Made by a program: the position numbers and the translations under genes. Of a stretch of 64,000 nt of DNA, positions 11,341 to 24,362 are shown piece by piece. The stretch is from contig CM052817.1 of assembly GCA_028534125.1 (NCBI GenBank), positions 93,932,001 to 93,996,000 on the forward strand, written 5' to 3'. Each line of letters starts with the position of its first letter. Position 1 is the stretch's first letter. The notes under the pieces are model-generated. The model saw only the letters and a list, made by a program, of their open reading frames with translations, was not told the DNA's origin and made no database searches. Source of the DNA: Lama glama. Taxonomy: Eukaryota.

Positions 11341-12430
11341 CCAAGTCATGAAAAGACATGGATGAACTGTAAATACATATTGCTAAGTGAAAGAAGCCAA
11401 CCTGAAAAAGTAAATAATGGAAAATTGTATGAGTCTGGAAAGGGGAAGACTATAGAAATGATTTTTTGAAAATCAATGGTTGCCAGGTATTTGGAGATAG
11501 GGGAGATATGTTAAACAGGTGAAGTACAGGAGATTTTTTTAGGGCATTGAAACTATGTTGTATGATATTGTAGTAGTGGATACATGATACTAGGCATTTA
11601 TCAAAACCTATAGAAATTTAGAGCACAGAGAGTGAGCCTTAATATGTTAAATTTTTAAAAAATCGTTTAGAAGGTTGGGAGAATCTCACAGTGGAATGCA
11701 GAACGTGGCAAAGCAACTTAACTGCATTACAGATGCATGAAATCACCTCACTTAAGAGGTTAGGGAAAAAAAAGTGTTGACCTAAGTAACTCTGGAAACT
11801 AATGGGTATTATAAATGAAAGCCAAGATAAATCCACATAAGCACCGTACTCTAGTTGATAATGTCGTTTGCCACAGAAGTACGGATTAACAATTCTGATA
11901 CCGCTGCACATGAATACAAAAATTAAGCAATTAAGTAAGGAGATGGCAGATGGTGCAAGCCAGATTTCTCACTGTTGAAGTGAGAGGTTTCACATAAGAA
12001 AGGGGAGGCGGCTAGAAGGATCCACATGGTAATGAATCAGGGTTGGAGACATCACTATGAGCTCATATTTATTGAGTGTAACACGACACAGATGGTTACA
12101 TACAGAAATATTTATACTTCTAGAGATTTTCAGATTTACATATTTCTATATAAAATTATAGGTATTTATATGTATACATAATATACCTAGGTTAATATAC
12201 ACTCATATATTTCCTTATTTCGTCATTTGAGAGAGCCAAGAAGTAACATCAGCCCAGTTCCAATGAGCAGCTCTAGTGCCAGATCTTAGTTTCTAATACT
12301 ATTCTCAAATGAAGGGAACCAGGGCTCCCTAGAGGAATGGTCTTGTACAGGAAATGTACAAAATAAACATGTAGTATTTCGTACTTCCAGAGTAAGAAAT
12401 TTCTCAAATAAAAAAAAAAACCACAGACAA
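11341..12430 (+). mobile_element. L1MC3-like 3' end
   Basis: 'catgaaaagacatggatgaac...tgctaagtgaaagaagccaa...aaatcacctcacttaagaggttagggaaaaa...gacctaagtaactctggaaa' is a typical L1MC3 3' UTR. Confidence 0.8.
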
Positions 12431-14044
12431 TGATTGATGGATATGTAAAAGTGACACATTTTAAATTTTAAAATATTATATATTATATCTCTCCATAATT
12501 TAAATGTGAAGATGAACAAGTAATCAATTTTATAATAAATAATATCTTGATTTCTATGTCATGCTAGCTTCTAAGTTTTGTCAAGGACTTTATTGGCATT
12601 ATTTATTAACTTAACTGACAGCCTTTAAGGGAGACAGAAATGCTATTAGAGCCGAAATCAAGATATTGATGGAAAAAGTGATTCAGCTTTATGGAACACA
12701 GGACTAAAAGCCAAATCTTACAATTGTCAATTGTCTGACATTGTAATGATATTTGAAATTAATAGTCTTTACATTTTAATTTCACTCCCATCAAACTTTG
12801 TGTTCTTAAAAAAAGTAGAGAGGCACTCTCCTACTCGATGTAAAATAGTATTCAAATTTATGCAAATTTAGAACAATTGGTTAAGATTCCTTTACTTAAA
12901 AAAAGAAAGGAAAGATCTTGGATATATTCCATAGTGTTTTAAAAGAAAACAAAAGCTAATTCTTTAACAAATAGTGAAAAGGGATGTGCACTACAATGTC
13001 TTGATTTCTAATTATCAGAAATTATACAGGCTGGACCAATTTCACCAAAAGACTTAAGGACTGGAAATGGGAAAATAGGAAAATCTTTCTACTGAAGATC
13101 TCTCCTTAGCTCCCTGATACAAAATACGATAGAGGATTACATTATCTGGTGAACTGAGGAATCTTAAATAGCTAATTGGGACCATTATACATTTCCTCAA
13201 TTATTTAGGTAATTAAGAGAAAAAATATTTTTGCCCAAATAATCAGAATAAGTGTAGCCATAACTCTCATTAAGACCTTTCATAGCTATACAAATCATAA
13301 AATATCCTACTCATTTTGTCTGCCTAGCACAAAATTTAGTTAAGATTATTTAAGCCTCTTCCTTTCTAACCCCTAATCCTCCATTTCTTTTCATGCCTCT
13401 TTCTACCTCATAGCTTTCTCTTTATTTTATTTGACACAAAGTTATCCAACAAGCTGGGCTTCAGAACTCTTCTAACGCCAGACACCGCTGAGTTCAGCAT
13501 GTTTTAAAATGACTCTCCTCCCTAATGGTATTTCTACAAGGGACACACCACCCCACACAGCTACAGAAACCAAATATTAAAAGACTACAACTACCTACTC
13601 AGCTCTGGAAACACTCCTGGGCCAAACTCTAACTCAGTCACATTGTTGTATTCCTCATCTGTCGCCTTTCATGACTACCTACTTCTCCAAGCTTGATATC
13701 ACAACACACTGTTCTCTAGTCCAGGAGTCACAGATTGAGACCTTTATGGGAGCACTGGGCAAGGAGTGCTCCTCTCTTGTTCCCTGGCTTGCTTCTCAGC
13801 TAAATCTCCTTTAGACTGGAAAACCAGGACTCTGGTCCCACTACTGTCTCGGATCTCTTCCTCCTTAGAATTTCACTTGCTCTGCCTCCATCACACCACA
13901 GCTGAGCTGACAGAATTCCCCGTGCTGAGTTATGATCCAAATGAGATATATCCATAAGTCAGTTGGGAAGAAAACTGGTGACAAATCTTTGAAGCCCATT
14001 TAGCAATGGTTTTCAAAATTTTTAGTTTATAGTACTTTAGAATC

Positions 14045-14660
14045 AGAAGTTTTGGCAGCACAACCACTCAAAACCTATGGGACACAGCAAAGGCAGTGCT
14101 AAGAGGGAAGTTTATAGCAATACAGGCCTTCCTCAAAAANNNNNNNNNNNNNNNNNNNNNNNNNNNNNNNNNNNNNNNNNNNNNNNNNNNNNNNNNNNNN
14201 NNNNNNNNNNNNNNNNNNNNNNNNNNNNNNNNNNNNNNNNNNNNNNNNNNNNNNNNNNNNNNNNNNNNNNNNNNNNNNNNNNNNNNNNNNNNNNNNNNNN
14301 NNNNNNNNNNNNNNNNNNNNNNNNNNNNNNNNNNNNNNNNNNNNNNNNNNNNNNNNNNNNNNNNNNNNNNNNNNNNNNNNNNNNNNNNNNNNNNNNNNNN
14401 NNNNNNNNNNNNNNNNNNNNNNNNNNNNNNNNNNNNNNNNNNNNNNNNNNNNNNNNNNNNNNNNNNNNNNNNNNNNNNNNNNNNNNNNNNNNNNNNNNNN
14501 NNNNNNNNNNNNNNNNNNNNNNNNNNNNNNNNNNNNNNNNNNNNNNNNNNNNNNNNNNNNNNNNNNNNNNNNNNNNNNNNNNNNNNNNNNNNNNNNNNNN
14601 NNNNNNNNNNNNNNNNNNNNNNNNNNNNNNNNNNNNNNNAAAAAAAAGAAGTTTTGGCAG
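14045..14660 (+). mobile_element. Young 5'-truncated L1 spanning a 500-N gap, with 14-bp TSD
   Basis: TSD AGAAGTTTTGGCAG at 14045-14058 and 14647-14660; 14060-14139 reads TTTQNLWDTAKAVLRGKFIAIQAFLK (ORF2); A-tail follows the gap. Confidence 0.92.
14140..14639. other. Assembly gap (500 N)
   Basis: Run of N. Confidence 1.
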
Positions 14661-17316
14661 ATCAGTGCTTGAAAAATATTTAAAAACCCACTAATCAACT
14701 TTTAACATCTCAGCAATAACGTAATCATTCCTATAGCTGGCATCTCTACTCCTTAGGATTTCCTTCCAGGTAACAGGCAGGTAAACATTCTGGCCAAACA
14801 CACCAGCAGGAGAGATGGCAGACACCGTACCCAGGATACTCTTAGCAGACTCAGTCCATCTCTTATTTACTGCCTGAAGTCTTTCTTTCCCCAAAGAACT
14901 CACTCTTTGTCCTCCATTTAAAATCCTCCCAAACTCCCCAGGAATCTCTTCTCCTTCAGCATGAAGCTCTGAAGACCATATGTTGCTTTGCCTTTAACTA
15001 CATCTTTCTTTACTTGCATATTGCTTTATATATTACAGTTTAATGAATGGAGTGGAGAAGGGGGCTTCCCACAACCAGGTGAAGCAGCAGTGATGTCAGC
15101 ACAGTTGAGTTTTGGAAAGTTTACTTTGCTCCACTTGGAAGAATCCCCAGGGGTTTTTGACTCACTTAATTTTTATGATCACAAGAATGTAAACTCTAAA
15201 GTTCTTCCCTGTTGTCTTCTGTGTCTTCATATACTTTATTGACCAAGACATGGTCTCTTAAATTCACTAATGTGATGCCATCGATTCTATTGTATTTCCA
15301 TTATATGCCGATTATTTCTAAGCATAAGTAACAATAAACCTCTGGATAAATACACTTTATATGTGTATTACTGTCACAATAGATTTCCTTCCTAATTATA
15401 ACTGTCATATAATGTTACATGGATCTTTAATCATCTTCAGTTAATTATCAGACTATTCAGTTGTCATTTGAGGGGACTATTTTTTGCCCTGACCACACTT
15501 TCTTAGATAATCAAGAGGCAAATTTCTCTCACATCACAGTAAACTCACAATCTTTACCAGGCATTATTTGGTCTTAAAATATGCTTCTAACTTCTTAATT
15601 GCATAGTAACTTTTAACCCATTCTGTATGCTGTCAAATAACCCATCAGTCAACTTTCCATCTGACATATAACCTCACAGTAACTGTTAACAAAAAATTTT
15701 TTTGGCATATTGATGACAAATTAAAGCATTTCATTGTCACCTATTAAGAACAACTGAATTAGAGTTTATTAACGAGATATTAATAAAAGTCTATAGGATT
15801 TATTTATAGTAAAGTACTAACAAGTATTAGCTATTAATTCAAATATATGTAGGTTACTTCAAATATATGTAAGTTAAGTTCAGATACACATTTTGAGCAG
15901 GGCTGCTTCTAAATGCAATCACTTCTTCTGAATGAATATATATAAAAATTACTGATGTATCTGATTCCAAAGTAATAACACAGGATTCTTCCTTTACAGC
16001 CTCTAATCCATAATTTTATCACCATTCTTCTACAGTGAGAACTCTGATTCCTAGCAGCATCAACGTGCTGGCTATCCCACTGGCCTGCTGCATAATCCTG
16101 GAATGGGACAGTCTAGCTGCTCCAAGGTAGTTCAGGATACATGTCACAATCTTACAACACGTGAATGAAGAAGTATCAGGTTTGGGTCTGGACCCAACTC
16201 TAGGTCCACTGTATCCAGTTCTCAAGGTAATAATATTGCCCTGGGTACTGCCAAGGTATCCAAGGCCACAATCCTATATGTCTCAGTCAGAATGAACATC
16301 TAAGACCAGGATCGCAAATAGGCTTAATTTTGCATGTGAACTCATTGATGGCTGCCTGGAGCAAATTCTTTGGAACATTTCTCAGGCCACAGGTAGACTC
16401 ACAGGAGCAGTACCAAGAGAGATTATGTCTATGCATGGATTCAGAAAGGGGAAAATAACAGCTTAAATATCCCATAATTACTGATCCTGATCTAAGGACT
16501 TCGGGGAAAAAACAGTTGAAATACCTAGCTCAGAAGTTCAATTAAAATCTAACCTGGGATAAGAATAGTTTGTCTCTAGTAATCTACACTCTCTCTCCCT
16601 ACAGAGGAATTTTCCAATCTCTATCTATGTTTCCGTTTATCTGTAGCTCCCTCTCCTCATTTATTTCCTAATTCCTTTTGCTTTATCATAAAATAGAATT
16701 ATAAATTTATTTAATAAAACAATTATTTCTTTCTCCTAAAAATTTCATATTTATTTTTATATAGTATCTTCTCCCAACCACAACAAAAGTTTCCAATTGA
16801 GTTTTAAATTGTGTTTTTACTTTTATGTGACAGATGTTATTATTTTTAGTAGATCAATTCACCTTTAGGAGAAAAAGCATCCCATTTCCTTTTGAAGGAT
16901 CATAGATTAGAGGTCACCTGATCCACATGGACAAGTGTGCACAGGCCAGACTCTCCCTGGGGTTTGTCAGCCCAGCAAGCACTGCTTCGTCCGATATAAA
17001 TTCTGATAATAGCTTCTTGATTTTTCTTTAGAAATGACAGATTACTATCTTCAGTCCATATAGTTAGGGGAAAAGGTAGGAATGGCCCCATCCCCAACAT
17101 CCAGAAGTATCGCATGTCATAGGTCTGGCCAATCCCAGTAGTCACAAAGGTTGGTTCAAGGAAGGGCAGATGAACCAACTTGGTCCAACTGAGATAGAAC
17201 CTGGGAATTTTGTGAAAATTATTGGGATGTAAAAAACTCTTTCTACTGAAGTCACTAAATTTAAAGGATGTAAGCCTGGTGCTGTGGGGTGGAGGAGACT
17301 ATTAAAACAGAACCTG

Positions 17317-17540
17317 TGCAGAAAAAGTAGACTAGAGGTTACCGAGGGCTGTGGAGGAGGGGAGAAGTGTTATTTAATGCATACAGAGTTTTGTTTGAGA
17401 TGATGAAAAGTTCTGGAAATAGATAATGGTGATGGTTGCACAACACGGTGAATATACTTAATGCCACTGAGTTGTAAACTTAAAAATCACTAAAATAGTC
17501 AATTTTATATTACGTATATTTTATCAGAATTTTAAAAAGC
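17317..17540 (+). mobile_element. L1MB-type 3' end
   Basis: 'gtagactagaggttaccgagggctg...gatgatgaaaagttctggaaatagataatggtgatggttgcacaac...aatgccactgagttgta'. Confidence 0.85.
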
Positions 17541-17564
17541 CATTAAAAATGTCCGATATAAATC

Positions 17565-17700
17565 AACTCGTATAATCTCATAAAAATGCTCTGAGACGTA
17601 TAGTATTATTCCCAAATAACAGATTTAACATTTAACAGGTTAAGTGACTTGCTCCAGGTCACACAGATGGTCAGCAGTAGTTCTAGGTGCCAAAGGATCA
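17565..17700 (-). mobile_element. MIR fragment
   Basis: 'tattattcccaaataacagat...aggttaagtgacttgctccaggtcacacag' is the MIR core. Confidence 0.75.
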
Positions 17701-18042
17701 ACTTGGTACAATTTCCAACTTCCTACATTCATACTTTGAAAAATAAAATAGAAATAAATAACCTACATAGAATAAAAATTTAAAATAAAACCATTAAAAA
17801 CAATACAAACAAACAAACAAAAACGGAGCCTACCTGTGAGTGAAGCATTACTAAGGAAAGTAAAGACAAATCAGAGAAAGAGCTAGTCCTGATGAGGCCA
17901 AGAGAGTTTCTGGATCAAACTCAGACTGAGCCGGCGTTACTCAGAATTTTCAGGTTTATGAGCCAGTAAGTTCCCATTTTTCCCTAATAACTTTGAGTTT
18001 GGCTTTTGCCAAAATCAACTAAAAGACCTTTGACTAGTAGAG

Positions 18043-19365
18043 AAATTTAACAATTTACAGAATGCTATGGCGCCCAAAATTCAGAAAATGCTGGGAAAAG
18101 GGCTGGCCTGATGAGGCTGTTCCCCACAAGAGGAACTACAGTAGTAGATTGAAGTCCTTTCCCTTTGGGATGAGGACTTGCAGAGACCAGAGAGTATTTA
18201 GCATGAGGCTAGCAAGAGATTACAGGCTGTATCCTTAGCTCTAAAACCTAAAACCTTTGGTAATGATATTGAATTCATAAAACATTGCACTGGATTTTTC
18301 CAAAGAACTGTGAAGAATTTGGCTCCATCTTTAAATTGACGTTTAAAAGAAAAAGAGGAACTAGTATAAACTCAAGAGCAAAGAAGCAGAGAGAGGCAAG
18401 AAGAAAGCTGGCCAAAGCACACAAACTTCCAGTTATAAGGTGAATAAATGCTGGGGATAATGGCTAGCATGGCGATTGCAGCTAATAATGCACTCTTATG
18501 TCTTGAAATTTGCTAAGACTATGTCTTAAATGTTCTTAGTACTATAAAAAATGTTAACTATGTGAGGTGTTGGATGTGTTAATTAATTTGATTGTGGTAA
18601 TCATTTCACAATGTATACATGTATTAAATCATCACATTGTACACCTTTAAATAATCACAAACAACCTGAATTTTTTTAAAAAAGAAGTCACAGAAATTCA
18701 CAGAAATCAGAAAAGGAGTCTCACAAACTCAAAAACTGGGGTCTCAGGACATGTTCAGCCAGATCTCTAAAGGGTGGGAGACTCCAGACAACATCTGTAT
18801 TAGAGGATTTTGTGAGAAACATTCACTATCATGATTACCCAGTCTGGACTCAAAATCCCCACACTTAGTGGCTTGATTCAGATCCAAACTTGTTCTTTCT
18901 AGCCTTTCATGGGACATCAATATGCCAGAAGTCAACATCTTACTTGCTGATAGTGAGTTGTGAACAAAGATTAGGCTTGGATTAAAACAGAAAGTGAAAG
19001 GATGGTGTAAAGAAGAAAGTTCTCCCCAATCTTCAACACCTTTCAGAACAAGGTCATTGATATCTACCCACACTTTACTGGATGTTTGCTTAAAGGAGAA
19101 GTGAATCCAAAACCCAAAAACTTCACTCAGTTTTAGACAGAATTTACTTGGCAATTTTCCTGCAAGCATGAGGAAAAAGCCAACCAACTAACAGTAGTGA
19201 GGTGAAAATATAACAGTCCTAGTATTTGATGACATCCCTGAGTGACTGAACTCAGATAACTTCCTCTGGATTTCTTATTATATTGACCAAAACAAATCCC
19301 TACTTTAGTGGCTCTTGTCCAGATTTTTTGTTTCCAGCAATCAAAAGAAATCCTAAATAATACAC
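18043..19365 (+). mobile_element. Putative MaLR internal region plus 3' LTR remnant
   Basis: Follows the MLT1 LTR and ends in a second MLT1-like LTR 3' end 'ctctggatttcttattatattg...caatcaaaagaaatcctaaataataca'. Confidence 0.45.
18390..18684 (+). mobile_element. L1MA-type 3' end
   Basis: 'acaaacttccagttataaggtgaataa...aactatgtgaggtgttggatgtgttaattaatttgattgtggtaatcatttcacaatgtata'. Confidence 0.85.
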
Positions 19366-20789
19366 AAGGAAAATATAAAAAATTGAAAAGTGAAACAAAG
19401 ATTTTTTTAGTTTAGAAAATCTTCTTGGAGAAAAGAACTACATGTAAATATTGTGAATTAGGTCCCAGTAAGAAGACAACTGTGCTGTGTATCATGATCA
19501 AGGTACCAAGAGAAATCAAAGGCAAAAGGAATTCTAAAGTCAATGAACATCCCACTCAGTGAAATGCCATTTTTACAAGAGTACTTGACCTTCATGAGGC
19601 AGGCTTTTTAAAGTTTTTAAGAGTTTGTAAACCACTGAGATAAATTCCTTTTCAAAGGAAACTGTCCTTGTATTGGAAGAGCTCATTCATGAGAGAGACT
19701 AGAAAGAGCACTTCAGTGTAGTCTTCAAGAATGGAAAAGCCACAGGTATGTCTTTGGATGGCCTAGAGATTATAGCAGCAAAGTTTTTAAATGGCAAGAA
19801 GAAAATGATACAAAATACCCATGTTAAATATCTGATAGTGAAATCACCTTAGAATTTTAAAAAGAAAGATAGAAAGAATATGCTTTTATAGGACCTAAAG
19901 ATTTCTCACTCACTTGAGAATTATTCAGATTCCTCCTAAGATCCACTATAATCCTAAAACTCTAAAATAATATATACTCTTATTACATAAATAAAATACA
20001 TTCATTAGATAAAACTTATAAATACAGATTTGCAAAAAAAAAAAAACCAAGATAACATGGTTTTTCCAAAACCAAGGATGTCTTATTTGACTGTTTCTTT
20101 TAGAAACAATGGGACAGAGGTTTGAGGATACTAAGAAACAGAGGTGGATCAGAGATTTATTCATCTATTTTGTGCCCAAGGCCATGTTAGGTATGGGTCA
20201 GATTTACCTAAACTGCTTCTCAACCATCTACTGGTGAGAATTTTTCTTTCAAATATGCACACTGTCTGAACCCTTCTCAGGACAAATTTTGGGGGGAAGG
20301 GGTTTCTTGTAGTTAAGCTTCATGGGCAGAAACTGGAAGAATAGTATTCTGAACCAATGACAAGTTCTTTTCTTGGCTCCATTAAGGCATTGAGAGGCAG
20401 TTTTTTTGTTCCCTAATAAAATCTTTAAAAGAACTATAAATCATAATTCCAGAAGAGAGAACATAAATACAGATCTTCAGACACTGTATGTTTTCTTACA
20501 TTGCTGTGGCACTGAGCTTAAGAAAGCTAATGTCAATTTACTGGTCCCATTTTTTTCACAGGAGAAGAAAGGTTTGTACATGTCCAGTGTCAAAAATCTC
20601 CTCAGACCATAGCCATGATAGTATGAGTCTTCTGAGACAGTTGCACTAAAACAGATTTTTTTGTCACTTAACCTATAACCATCTTTTTGTGTTGTTAAAT
20701 ACATTTCTATGTTATTATTTTTATTAAGGAGAATTAACTTTCTTTTGTCTTCTAATTACAAAAGTAATACATCCTCCATGATTTATTAA

Positions 20790-20945
20790 CTATTTTATCT
20801 TGGGCAATACTTAAAATCAAAGTTTCAATATCCTTATCAACAAAATAAGAATAATGTAATTCATATCTTTTGTTGCAAAAACTGAAAGAAAAAAGTTAAT
20901 ATATAAGTTATTTATCACAATGCCAGACACAGTGTACTGTTATTG
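20790..20945 (+). mobile_element. MIR fragment
   Basis: 'cttgggcaatacttaa...caaaataagaataat...cacaatgccagacacagt'. Confidence 0.55.
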
Positions 20946-21389
20946 TATCAGTGCTTTTTAAAACTGAAATAGTAGAAAAAATGATTTTTTAAATGTGAAA
21001 ATAATCAACTATTCTACCACCCATGTTAACTCCTTTTGACATTTTCTTTCAATCTTATTAGACTTGTCTCTAGGCATATATGAACTTAAGTGCTTATAGA
21101 TGCAAATTCATGCATTATTTTTGGGTTTAACAACTGAATCCTCAGTGCTTCACAGAGTGTTAAATAAATAACTGCATAATGTTAAAAGCAGTAAGGAATT
21201 AATTATTAAAAAAAATGATTTCATGAAAAATCTCTTGTATTTAGCCCTGGCCAATGGAGCATTTATTTCATATAATGATTGACAAATAAAAAAGTCAGTG
21301 TAAGAAATAATTTTAATATTCTTTCATAGCATGTTATAACATGATTTAACTCTTAATTTTAAAAATATATGTGTGGGCTAATATTAATT

Positions 21390-21635
21390 ACAATGGCTTG
21401 CCAGCAAGTAACAGAAATTGTAATTCCAATTAGGTTTAACAATGAAGACATTTATATCTTCACATAACTAGAAATCCAGAGACAGAGTATTCTTCAAGTT
21501 TGGCTTAATGCAGTATATTGGGCTCAATTTCTTTGGGCCTTGACCTCCTCCAGGTTTTGGATTCATTTCCATGCTAGTAACAAGATGCAGAGGTTCCTTG
21601 CACCACATTCACAAATGAGAATGGCACAAGGGAAA
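21390..21635 (-). mobile_element. MaLR LTR fragment (MLT1J/L-like)
   Basis: 'gcaagtaacagaaa...ttcacataactagaaatccagag' is the antisense MLT1 3' end. Confidence 0.55.
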
Positions 21636-21639
21636 ATAA

Positions 21640-22535
21640 TGGCTGACTTCCAAAAGTTCTCTGGAAGTTCAGCGATAATGAGGTAATTAGTATCAGATTT
21701 ATCCTCCTGCAGTCAGTAACAATAAAACTGGAAAAATATATGCAGTAAAAGTTTTTAAACATTTAACAAAAGAAAGCGTGGGGCTGTGATCCTAGACTCA
21801 AAGAAAACATACAAGTTAGGTTCTACTTTCACCCTGGCTTTTGTTGTAGGCACACTTGCAAACTGCCTCACAGAGAAGTAGAGCTTAAATCAGCTTTCTT
21901 GGGTATAGAATATAAACATTAGAGTTAAGAGTTTGCTGAGATAATAGTTATTTGCTAGATGGGGGTGCCAGAGAGGAGAGAGCTTTGCAGAGAGGGAAAC
22001 ACATAAATCTACGTAGAAGTTCTCTTGAGTTTTTGTCTAGATCCTTAGCTGTGTATCTGCAAGGATCAATTGCTAGGAGTCTGTAAGCTGAATGGAAAAT
22101 CCAGAGATCATACAATGCTGGCACTCTAACCTCCCATGTATCTTATATAATTCTCTAAGTATCCTTTTAAGCATTTCCCAATGTGACCTCAGAACTTAGG
22201 AGTGGAGCATATCTAACCATAATGTAGGGGCTATTATAGACCTTGCAGACAAAACTGAAAACAATGCCTCAGAAGAATCAAACTGAATCATCACCAAATT
22301 AACTTCCTACCAAAACAGTTATCAACATTCTATAGAGAAAGGTAACATAATTTAGACTCTTAACATGACATCAACACTGTCCAGCATACAATAAAAAAAA
22401 TTACTAGATGTATAAAGGCAAAGGAAAATCTGACTTTTAACCAGGAGGGGAAGAAAACAGTCCACAGAAAAAGTCCCAGATATGACAAAGATGTTGAAAT
22501 TTACAGGAAAAAAATTTTAAATATCTATAATAATC
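21640..22535 (+). mobile_element. Ancient L1 5' region (L1M4/L1MD-E-like), up to the start of ORF1
   Basis: 'gatttatcctcctgcagtcagtaacaataaaactggaaaaatatatg...ccagcatacaataaaaaaaattactagatg...cagatatgacaaagatgttgaaatt'. Confidence 0.65.
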
Positions 22536-23129
22536 CCACTACATCACATTTTGAATGCTTGCCACTTTGTCTATTTTAGAGTAAAGAAGTTCACATCCCA
22601 AATCCCCAAATTTGAAAACAAGTGTTGTAATTTAAGGGCATCACTGTCAATCACCCAAGGTATAAAAGAAGGAGGCGGGTCTCAAAAAAGGAGAAATAGG
22701 AACCAAATCATATCCACAGATCTTGACTATGGTTGAACCCCTTTTGTCTGCTTTATACTAATAGGGTGATGTTGGAGGCCATGGGTTGAGGATAGAAGGT
22801 AGATCAGTGTTGGCAAGCATTATCATTTGAGAACTTGAGGGAATATGATGATGCAAGCAAGCATCTTCCCTCTTCTGCAGAAGTAGCAAGAGGACAGAAG
22901 CTTGTCTTCTATCTTCCAAATCACATGAAGTTGCTTCTCCTTAACAGAATCTAACCCAGAAACTTTCTGGTCTTGAGTCTAAGAAATTTAGTTTCCAGAC
23001 TTCCAATTTCTATAATATAGGGAATATCCTAGAAGAAAGGGAATGGAACTGAGTTTCCAACAGGCCATTAGAAACATCTCTCATCATACCTGTTGGGCAA
23101 TGCTTATAACGACGCCTTACATCTTCAAA

Positions 23130-23290
23130 ACATTTTCACACACACTTTCTTACTTGAGCTTCACAGTAACATGTGCTGATATGGCTGATATTATTATCCT
23201 CATTTTACAATGGAAATAATTGACAGTAAGAGTGGTAGTGGATTTTCTTTTCTTTATTCATTCTACAACATGCTAGTTAGCAGAAAGACA
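23130..23290 (-). mobile_element. MIR fragment
   Basis: 'cttcacagtaac...tattattatcctcattttacaatggaaa'. Confidence 0.6.
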
Positions 23291-24227
23291 TTGTTGTATT
23301 CCAGCAGACAGATTTTAACCAAGGAAATTATTTGTCTCTAAGATAGAAATTTAAGTTCCACACCAAATCGTGTCTAATAGTAAAGGTTGCTTAGTATGGT
23401 CCTAAACTGAACTTTCAGATTCATTTCCTTAAATTTTCCTTTATTTATATTATCTTCAAATGTAATAATTAATATGAATATTTCTGACACTATACTAATG
23501 AAGAATAATTATGTATTCTTCTCTACAAGAAGAGTGTAAAGTTATACAATCTAACCACCTTCTAGTAACCATCATTTGCAAGATCAACTTGGGCAGAATG
23601 AAGAAATTTCTTGAACTTTCAATCAACAAACATAAAAACTTTAAACAGCATTGGGAAAAGTCACAATTACCATTAAGATACACTCAAAAAATGTTCTCTG
23701 TTTATTTTTGAACATTGAGAAAACAATGAGAATCAGTACAACCTACAAATCACACACCGTGGAGTTTCACGGTGATCTATAAGGTCCATATGTTCTCTCA
23801 CCAACAACTCCAACAAAATAAATTTCAAATTCATCTTTTAATAATTTGACTTTAATTTAATATTTAATAATTTAATAATTTCTATTTACCAATATACTAA
23901 TACATTTGAACCATAGCTTTTCTAAATTTTTTAGCAGAAAACAATTAACACATAGGTATTTCCATGTGATTATCATATCAATGCCACTATAATAAAAAAG
24001 CCTTAGATTTTAATAAAATAGGTAGCAATAAAGATAATACTACTGATAGATTACTTCTGGTAAAAAGTTAGCAACTAATCAGTCAATGGAAATTACTGTA
24101 CGAGTAAAAACTGTCATGAAAATTCTGTTAAAAAGAGGAAGCAATGTATCCGACTAGCTCATTGATTTAAAAAAAGAACATTTTTTGTCATATGACACAT
24201 AACTAAAAGTGACTATAATCATATTTC

Positions 24228-24362
24228 TGCTCCTCCTCCTTGTCCTCCTTCACTCAATCCTCCTCTTCTTCCTCCATCTTCTCCTCCAGGTCCCCTCCTC
24301 CATTTTTATCTTCTTCCTCCTTTTGTTCTTCTCCTCTATCTCCCTGCCTCCTTCTCTTCTCA
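24228..24362. repeat. (CCT/CTT)n pyrimidine-rich low-complexity tract
   Basis: Seen directly. Confidence 0.85.

Larger units (their letters stand above)
17000..18042 (+). mobile_element. MaLR LTR (MLT1J/K-like), split by an insertion at 17317-17819
   Basis: 'ggttggttcaaggaagggcagatgaaccaacttggtccaa...ggatgtaagcctggtgctg' continues at 17820 as 'ggagcctacctgtgagtgaagc...atgagccagtaagttccc...actaaaagacctttgactagta'. Confidence 0.7.

Noticed and set aside
14077..14698. Three ~200-aa ORFs
   Set aside because: Artefacts of translating through the 500-N gap; the only real part is an L1 ORF2 fragment
16036..16226. AG…GT-bounded segment with good splice-like sites
   Set aside because: Stops in all three frames; no independent support for a non-coding exon
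16430..16465. HGFRKGK peptide resembling a CR1/L2 RT motif
   Set aside because: Seven residues with no flanking RT similarity that I can see
18067..18076. TGGCGCCCAA, resembling a tRNA-Lys primer-binding site
   Set aside because: Only 10 nt match, about 25 nt away from the LTR end, and a Lys PBS is not expected for MaLR; likely chance
23754..23773. CACCGTG/CACGGTG inverted repeat
   Set aside because: A 7-bp arm is expected by chance in 64 kb; no further structure
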